Positions 55,486-61,862 of a stretch of 61,862 bases of DNA are shown here, in pieces; position 1 is the first letter of the stretch, and the number at the start of each line of letters is the position of its first letter. Below the pieces are notes generated by a model. The model ran no database searches and had not been told where the DNA came from. It saw nothing but the letters and a program-made list of their open reading frames with translations. Where the stretch lies: the IMG/VR virus record IMGVR_UViG_3300042937_000071, positions 1 to 61,862 of that record; one strand, 5' to 3'. The stretch comes from a virus (Duplodnaviria; Caudoviricetes). Position numbers and translations under genes: made by a program.

Positions 55486-55510
55486 GTGGGGGCTTCGGCC
55501 CCCGCTTCTA
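55486..55510 (+). terminator. Intrinsic terminator
   Basis: Same hairpin as 1501. Confidence 0.75.
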
Positions 55511-55529
55511 ATTTATTTTGGAGAGCCAC

Positions 55530-56309
55530 ATGGCAACCGTAATTTCATCTATTTCGCGTCAAGGCGCATATGAACCGTTCGAGTTGCAGGTCTCTCGCGG
55601 TCAAATTCAAGGCCACAGCACGGTCATCGTGTTTGGTTACAACCCAGATGTGGACACATCCGAGGAGTCCGTATGGCCTGCTGGCGGCACAGTCCCTCAC
55701 CCAACATCTGCATCAGTTTTGAAAATTAGTTCATCCAGCGCCGACGACGCGTCGGCTGGCACTGGTGCGCGAACCGTTTTTATTGAAGGCGTAAACGGCA
55801 ACTTTGCTGTGGTGAGCGAGACCGTGATATTGAACGGTCAAACAGAAGTCAACACAACAAACTCGTACCTGTATGTGAACAGTTTCTATGTCGCTACAGT
55901 TGGCTCTGGCGGTGCAAACGCAGGCAACATCAATGCTGGCACTGGCACGGTGACATCGGGTGTCCCAGCAGTTTTGTATGACATCATTGCAATCGGTTAC
56001 AACCAGCGCACCACTGGTCATTACTGTGTTCCAGCAGGCTTCACAGGTTATATGACAACGGGTTCAATTTCTGCTGGTCAAGCCTCTGGCTCGACTTCTG
56101 TCACTACCTTTCTAAAGCAACACGGCACAGACAACATCTTGCGTGTTGGTGCGGTTGCCGCAGTAAACAATAACGCCGCTGTGTTTGATTTTGTACAGCC
56201 TTACAAAATTCCAGAAAAGAACTGTGTCGGAGCATCTGCAATTGGAGCCGCCGCGAATAACGCAGTGAGTTCGTACTTTAACATCATCTTAATTAAAAAC
56301 GGCCCTTAA
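55530..56309 (+). CDS. Hypothetical beta-rich structural protein
   Basis: GGAG RBS; FGYNPDVD and GTGARTV motifs; unrelated to 1542-1946. Confidence 0.75.
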   Translation: MATVISSISRQGAYEPFELQVSRGQIQGHSTVIVFGYNPDVDTSEESVWPAGGTVPHPTSASVLKISSSSADDASAGTGARTVFIEGVNGNFAVVSETVILNGQTEVNTTNSYLYVNSFYVATVGSGGANAGNINAGTGTVTSGVPAVLYDIIAIGYNQRTTGHYCVPAGFTGYMTTGSISAGQASGSTSVTTFLKQHGTDNILRVGAVAAVNNNAAVFDFVQPYKIPEKNCVGASAIGAAANNAVSSYFNIILIKNGP

Positions 56310-56310
56310 T

Positions 56311-56694
56311 ATGCCAAGCAAATCACCTTCCCAGCATCGTTTGATGGAGGCGGTCGCACATAACCCTGCGTTTGCAAAGAAGGTTGGCATCCCTCAAAAG
56401 GTTGGCAAAGAGTTTTCTCGTGCCGATGAGGGTAAAAAGTTTAAGAGTGGCGGGTCATCGCTCTCTGTTGGTCGCGGCGAGAAGTTATCTACCGAACGCG
56501 GTGCTGGTTTAACAGCCAAAGGTCGGGCAAAATATAACCGTGAAACTGGTAGCAATTTGAAGGCCCCGCAACCGCAGGGCGGAGCGAGAAAAGACTCGTT
56601 TTGTGCGCGGATGTCGGGCGTTGTTGAAAACTCAAAAGGGGACGCTCCAAGAGCAAAGGCTTCATTGAAGCGTTGGAACTGCCCCGGATGGTAG
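56311..56694 (+). CDS. Basic DUF6321-like protein, allele B
   Basis: Homologous to 1949-2473 minus one internal module. Confidence 0.75.
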   Translation: MPSKSPSQHRLMEAVAHNPAFAKKVGIPQKVGKEFSRADEGKKFKSGGSSLSVGRGEKLSTERGAGLTAKGRAKYNRETGSNLKAPQPQGGARKDSFCARMSGVVENSKGDAPRAKASLKRWNCPGW

Positions 56695-56703
56695 AGGACT
56701 GTT

Positions 56704-57777
56704 ATGGCATATTCGGGAACCGTCGGCGAAACCGTCATCAATGTCCAAACATTGATTGACCACGGTGCGCGTCGTTGCGGAAAACTCGCTGAAGAATTAA
56801 CCTCAGAACAGCAACTGTCTGCGCGGCAGTCGTTGTTTTTTCTGCTGTCCCACCTCGGCAACAAAGGCATCAACTACTGGGCCATTGACAAGAAAGTTTT
56901 TGGCCTGAAGGCTGACCAGTACATCTACACAATGCCTCTAGGTTGCATTGATGTGTTGAATGTGCTGTATCGCACAATGAACCGCCCTACGGGCGACTAC
57001 TCGACTTCCGCTGGCGGCGTGATCGCCAATGTGTACGACAACGATGTTGACACTTGGTGTCAGCAAACTTCTGCCAACGGCAACATTTCGATTTTCTACG
57101 GCACCAACAATCCAATCTACGCTGGCTCTATTGGCATCCTGCCCTATGTTTCTGGCGGGGGCACGGCTACATGGTCAATCACTTTTGAGTACAGCGTTGA
57201 CGGCATTACATGGAACACGCTCGACAATTTAGGCGAGATCGTGGTGACCGACAATCAGTGGATATGGACTGACATTGATCCGGGCCAAAGCGTCATGTAC
57301 TACCGCGTTCGCGCCTACAACGGCACGACACTGGCTCTGCGTGAGTTCTATGTTGGAAACAACAGCCGCGAGATTCAGATGTCCCGCTTGAACCGCGATG
57401 ACTACACCAATTTACCGAACAAGAACTTTACGGCCAATCAGCCGTACCAGTTCTGGTTTGATCGCACCATTCCACAACCAACAGTCTATCTCTGGCCTAC
57501 GCCCTCCGACCCGTTCATTCAGATGACCGTGTGGTATCAGCGTCAGATCATGGATGTGGGCGCGTTGACTGATGAACTTGAGATTCCTCAGCGCTGGTAC
57601 GAAGCAATTCAATTTATGCTTGCACATCGCATGAGTTTGGAGTTGCCTCAAGTTGCCATGGATCGTGTTGGCTATCTAGAAAAGATGGCTGATAAGTACC
57701 TCTTTGAGGCCGAGCAAGAAGAGCGGGATAAGTCACCAATCTACTGGGCGCCGAACATTTCGGTGTACACACGCTAA
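56704..57777 (+). CDS. Adaptor/tail tubular protein, allele B
   Basis: Homologous to 2483-3544. Confidence 0.6.
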   Translation: MAYSGTVGETVINVQTLIDHGARRCGKLAEELTSEQQLSARQSLFFLLSHLGNKGINYWAIDKKVFGLKADQYIYTMPLGCIDVLNVLYRTMNRPTGDYSTSAGGVIANVYDNDVDTWCQQTSANGNISIFYGTNNPIYAGSIGILPYVSGGGTATWSITFEYSVDGITWNTLDNLGEIVVTDNQWIWTDIDPGQSVMYYRVRAYNGTTLALREFYVGNNSREIQMSRLNRDDYTNLPNKNFTANQPYQFWFDRTIPQPTVYLWPTPSDPFIQMTVWYQRQIMDVGALTDELEIPQRWYEAIQFMLAHRMSLELPQVAMDRVGYLEKMADKYLFEAEQEERDKSPIYWAPNISVYTR

Positions 57778-58118
57778 TGCCAATATTTCTTGACACGACT
57801 GGGCTATCGTCTGTTGCCATCGCTGTATGCGATAGGTGCAAGATGAAGCGCACCTTTGTGTCGATGATGGCCGACCCGAACTTCCCGGGTCTTCGTGTTT
57901 GCGATCAGGGTTGCAAGGATGAGTTTGACCCTTACCGCTTGCCCGCACGCAAAACCGAGCGCATCAATCTGCGTTTTCCACGCCCCGATGAGAGTGTTGC
58001 CGTTGATCCGGATGCACTGCTCACGAACGGCCCGAACAACTTTGAGATTACGACCGAAGGGAATACGGACACTCCGGAAAACAACGGCAATCTCGACAAC
58101 ATCGCACCGAGTCCCTAA
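57777..58118 (+). CDS. Zinc-binding protein, allele B
   Basis: Homologous to 3544-3918. Confidence 0.75.
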   Translation: MPIFLDTTGLSSVAIAVCDRCKMKRTFVSMMADPNFPGLRVCDQGCKDEFDPYRLPARKTERINLRFPRPDESVAVDPDALLTNGPNNFEITTEGNTDTPENNGNLDNIAPSP

Positions 58119-60769
58119 TGGCACAAGTACAGATTACCCAATTACCAGCCGCCGGGGCCATTACTGGCTCTGAGTTGGTGCCTATTGTCCAGAATGGCGT
58201 GACCGTCCGTACCACGACGGGCGCGATTTCCGCGTCTCCGTCGCAGGTTCAGACCTTCCTGACGCTTAATCAAGAGCCGACCCTACCCAACTCCCGTCGT
58301 CTGGCTGGTGGTACAGGCATTGGTTTGGTCGACAACGGCGCCCAAAGCACTCTACAGATCACTTTGAACGGCACTTCTGGCTCTTTGGAGACCGCTGGCA
58401 CCGGGATCATTGCAAAAAACTCGGCCAGCACGGTTGTTGGCCGCACCTTGACCGCCACTGGGGCTGGTTTTGGTATCACCAATGGTGACGGCGTCTCTGG
58501 GAACCCTACTTTTGGTCTGACCGGACTGCCTTTGGCCCTCGCAAACACTTCCGGAACCGGAATGCTTGCTGTTATAGGCGGTACTGTCATCGCTGGCCGT
58601 CAAATTTACGGCACAGCCAATCAAATTACCGTCGTTGATGGTAATGGATCAAACGATCCGACCATTTCGATCACCGACAATCCAAACATCCCGGGAACTG
58701 GCGCCATGCGGGTGCCTATCGGCACCTCTGCCCAGCAACCTGTTGGCGCAAACGGTCAAGTTCGGTATGACTCTGACTTAGGCGGCTTCTATGGTTACTC
58801 AGCAGGCTCTTGGAGGCAGTTTTCTCTGGCTGGCGGCGTTACCCTTGTCAATACTGGAACGGGCCTTACAGGTGGCCCTATCACGGCCACAGGCACCATT
58901 TCAATTGCCAACACCACGGTGACCGCTGGAACCTACGGTTCTTCGACTGCTGTTGGTCAATTTATTGTCAATGCGCAGGGTCAACTGACTTCTGCCACCA
59001 ATGTCACCATCACGCCGTCTTCAATTGGCGCCATCTCTACTGTCAACGGTACTGCCGCTGAAATTGACTCGTTGCAGGTCGGAACCGTTGTCACGCTAAG
59101 TTTGCCGACAAACATGACATTCACGGGCAAGACCGTGACTAATGGTACTTTTGTCACGCCAACCATTTCGTCGATCATCAACACTGGAACGCTGACGCTA
59201 CCGACCAGTACCGACACTTTGGTGGGCCGCGCCACGACTGACACGCTCACCAACAAGACAATGAGCGGCGCCAACAACACTTTCACAAACTTGCCAAATA
59301 GTGCGCTGACCAACAATTCAGTGACTTACAACGGCGTGAATGTGGCTCTTGGTGCGTCTGGAACAATTACTGCGGCCACAACCAACGCGCTGACCATCGG
59401 CACCGGATTGACTGGTACATCTTTCAATGGCTCTGCCCCCGTGACAATCGCCATCGATTCGACTGTTGCAACGCTGACTGGAACCCAGACGCTCACCAAC
59501 AAGACTTTGGATGGTGCGGTAAACACCTTTACCAACATCCCCAATAGCGCACTGGTCAATCAAGCCGTCACTGTTGGCACAACTGCTATCAACCTTGGCG
59601 CATCGTCTTTGACGCTTGGCGGGTTGACCTCAATCGCTCTGACGCAAGACCCTGTCTCTGCGTTGCAGGTGGCAACCAAGCAGTATGTCGACACCTTGGT
59701 GGCTTCAGGCATTCACTATCACACACCTGTCCGCGTTGAGTCTCCAACTCCGCTGAATGCAACCTACAACAACGGCACAGCCGGAGTAGGCGCGACTTTG
59801 ACCAACGCAGGCACGCAAGCCGCCTTGGTGATTGATGGCGTGACCGTCGCAGTCAATGACCGCGTGTTGATCTACACCCAGACCAACGCAACGCAAAACG
59901 GCGTCTATGTGGTCACCAACACTGGTTCTGTTTCAACAAACTGGGTTTTGACCCGCTCTTCTGATACCGACACTTACGGTATTGTTGGCCCAACAACACT
60001 GAGCGAGGGTTCAACCTTCTTCGTCCAACAAGGTGTGACAGGCGCTGGTGAGACCTACACCTGCAACACGCAGGGTGTGATCACTTTTGGTACGACCAAC
60101 ATCAACTTTGTGCAGATCAGCGCGGTGCAGATTTACACCGCAGGCACTGGCCTGACCCTTACTGGTACTGTATTTAGCCTGTCAAATACGGCTGTGACCG
60201 CAAACACCTACGGCTCTGCCGCTGATGTTCCTGTGTTTGCTGTAAACGCTCAAGGTCAATTGACCAGCGTCACAAACACGCCTATTTCAATCAACGGCAA
60301 CCAGATTACCTCTGGAACCATTGGCTCCGCTTATTTGAGTGGCTCTTATACCGGAATTACAGGTGTTGGCACGCTGACCGCCGGGACTTGGAATGCCAGC
60401 ACGATTGGCGTAGTTTACGGCGGTACTGGAATATCCAGTTACGCGGTGGGCGACTTGCTGTTTGCAAACACCACTTCGTCGCTGGATAGACTGACTATCG
60501 GCACCAATGGTTATGTGCTTGTTTCTAACGGCACTGCACCGGGCTATGTGGCTCAATCAACTTTATCTGTGGGCAGTGCAACGACCGCAGGATCGGCAAC
60601 AACTGCAACGACCGCAACAAACCTTGCAGGCGGTACGGCAAGTCAAATCCCTTACCAAACAGGCGCTGGGGCTACTGCATTCCTTGCAAACGGAACGGCA
60701 GGTCAGGTGCTTGTCTCTCAAGGAACAAGCGCACCACAATGGCAAGGAATATCTGGAGGAACTTTCTAA
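58118..60769 (+). CDS. Tail fibre protein, allele B
   Basis: Homologous to 3919-6528; ends GGTF. Confidence 0.8.
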   Translation: MAQVQITQLPAAGAITGSELVPIVQNGVTVRTTTGAISASPSQVQTFLTLNQEPTLPNSRRLAGGTGIGLVDNGAQSTLQITLNGTSGSLETAGTGIIAKNSASTVVGRTLTATGAGFGITNGDGVSGNPTFGLTGLPLALANTSGTGMLAVIGGTVIAGRQIYGTANQITVVDGNGSNDPTISITDNPNIPGTGAMRVPIGTSAQQPVGANGQVRYDSDLGGFYGYSAGSWRQFSLAGGVTLVNTGTGLTGGPITATGTISIANTTVTAGTYGSSTAVGQFIVNAQGQLTSATNVTITPSSIGAISTVNGTAAEIDSLQVGTVVTLSLPTNMTFTGKTVTNGTFVTPTISSIINTGTLTLPTSTDTLVGRATTDTLTNKTMSGANNTFTNLPNSALTNNSVTYNGVNVALGASGTITAATTNALTIGTGLTGTSFNGSAPVTIAIDSTVATLTGTQTLTNKTLDGAVNTFTNIPNSALVNQAVTVGTTAINLGASSLTLGGLTSIALTQDPVSALQVATKQYVDTLVASGIHYHTPVRVESPTPLNATYNNGTAGVGATLTNAGTQAALVIDGVTVAVNDRVLIYTQTNATQNGVYVVTNTGSVSTNWVLTRSSDTDTYGIVGPTTLSEGSTFFVQQGVTGAGETYTCNTQGVITFGTTNINFVQISAVQIYTAGTGLTLTGTVFSLSNTAVTANTYGSAADVPVFAVNAQGQLTSVTNTPISINGNQITSGTIGSAYLSGSYTGITGVGTLTAGTWNASTIGVVYGGTGISSYAVGDLLFANTTSSLDRLTIGTNGYVLVSNGTAPGYVAQSTLSVGSATTAGSATTATTATNLAGGTASQIPYQTGAGATAFLANGTAGQVLVSQGTSAPQWQGISGGTF

Positions 60770-61810
60770 ATGGCACAAAGCGGCTTCACACCAATTCAGT
60801 TGTACTTTAGTACAACCCCAAGTGCGGTTCCCACTGCGGGCAATCTTGCTAACGGGGAACTGGCAATCAACATCGTTGATGGCAAGTTGTACTACAAGGA
60901 CAACGGCGGCGTTGTTCGTTTGCTGGCGTCTCAAAGCGACCTGACAACGATCAGTTTTGGCTCCACTGGCCTGACTCCATCGACCGCTACTGGCGGCGCG
61001 GTAACGGTTGCCGGAACCCTTGTGGCTGGCAACGGTGGTACGGGCATCAACTCGTACAACGGTGGTGACATCCTGTACGCAACTGGCTCGACTACTCTTG
61101 CTCGTCTAGGTATTGGCACCAACGGTCAGATCATTACCTCGAACGGCACTGTGCCCCAGTGGACTTCTGGCTCGTCAATCTCTGTTGGCACGGCCACAAA
61201 CCTTGCAGGCGGCTCCGCAGGTTCGGTGCCTTACCAGTCCGGCGCAAGCACAACGACTTTCTTGTCGATTGGTACCGCAAATCAAGTTTTGACTTCAAGC
61301 GGCTCTGCCCCTCAATGGTCAACCAACTTATCAATTGGCGCCCTGACTGCGTCGTCTGACTCGACCTTCTCATCGTCTGGCGCATTGACGATTAGCAAAG
61401 GAAACACTGCCTCACGCCCCGGTTCTCCGGTCAGCGGTATGTTCCGCTTTAATACGACAGACAGCGCTTTTGAGGGCTACAACGGCACTTCTTGGACTTC
61501 TGTGGGTGGCGCGAATGTCACCAACGACACTTCAACCGCAACGGCTTTGTATCCGCTTTTTGCGAATGTAACAACGGGCGCGGCGACCAGCGTATTTACT
61601 TCTAACGCAAAGTTGCTCTACACGCCATCAAGCGGACAACTGCAAGCGTCAGCGTTATATGCGAACAACGGTGTATTGACTCACGCAAACCAAGTGACTT
61701 CGAATTACACTGTTCCAACGAATGCAAATGTGATCACGGTTGGCCCTTGGACAGTTGCGTCTGGCGCTACTTTCACTCTGCCTTCTGGTAGCCGTCAAGT
61801 TCTTCTGTAA
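60770..61810 (+). CDS. Tail fibre protein, allele B
   Basis: Homologous to 6529-7629. Confidence 0.75.
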   Translation: MAQSGFTPIQLYFSTTPSAVPTAGNLANGELAINIVDGKLYYKDNGGVVRLLASQSDLTTISFGSTGLTPSTATGGAVTVAGTLVAGNGGTGINSYNGGDILYATGSTTLARLGIGTNGQIITSNGTVPQWTSGSSISVGTATNLAGGSAGSVPYQSGASTTTFLSIGTANQVLTSSGSAPQWSTNLSIGALTASSDSTFSSSGALTISKGNTASRPGSPVSGMFRFNTTDSAFEGYNGTSWTSVGGANVTNDTSTATALYPLFANVTTGAATSVFTSNAKLLYTPSSGQLQASALYANNGVLTHANQVTSNYTVPTNANVITVGPWTVASGATFTLPSGSRQVLL

Positions 61811-61819
61811 GGATAAAAA

Positions 61820-61862
61820 ATGTCAACGATACGCGCAGGAACAACTACTACAACCGCCCTAC
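61820..61862 (+). CDS. 5' fragment of Gly-rich protein 1
   Basis: Identical to 7639-7681. Confidence 0.85.
   Translation, partial: MSTIRAGTTTTTAL

Larger units (their letters stand above)
53962..61862. repeat. Divergent copy B of region 1-7681
   Basis: Colinear homologous genes with one gene replacement. Confidence 0.97.

Noticed and set aside
1-61862. Stop-codon reassignment, introns or inteins
   Set aside because: Genes tile densely in the standard code; terminase, helicase and capsid genes are uninterrupted and of normal size

Overview
A tailed dsDNA phage genome with podovirus-like organisation. Head genes: terminases, portal, GroES-like co-chaperonin, scaffold, major capsid. Tail region: adaptor/nozzle, fibres and ejection proteins. 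Also a lysis cassette, lambdoid-type replication genes and a cluster of small early genes. The unit genome is about 54.2 kb. Bases 1-7681 and 53962-61862 are two divergent alleles of the same region. The last 127 bp are identical to 7555-7681, so the window is probably an over-assembled circle carrying two strain variants, which makes a useful built-in comparison. I saw no integrase, CI-type repressor, tRNA, CRISPR array or reverse transcriptase. Main signals: (1) an acyl-carrier-protein + ketosynthase + GNAT-like cassette translationally coupled inside the virion operon, just before the ejection proteins (candidate virion-protein lipidation system); (2) a -1 frameshift signal conserved in both alleles whose product regenerates a GG-x-C C-terminus; (3) a [MYFL]-[AK]-x-G-G motif punctuating several unrelated proteins and marking module swap points; (4) a polyvalent protein between terminase and portal; (5) an unannotated secreted 6-Cys miniprotein; (6) a 3'UTR element antisense to a phage RBS; (7) a triplicated promoter/operator cassette. 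All family assignments come from motif recognition by eye; no searches were run.
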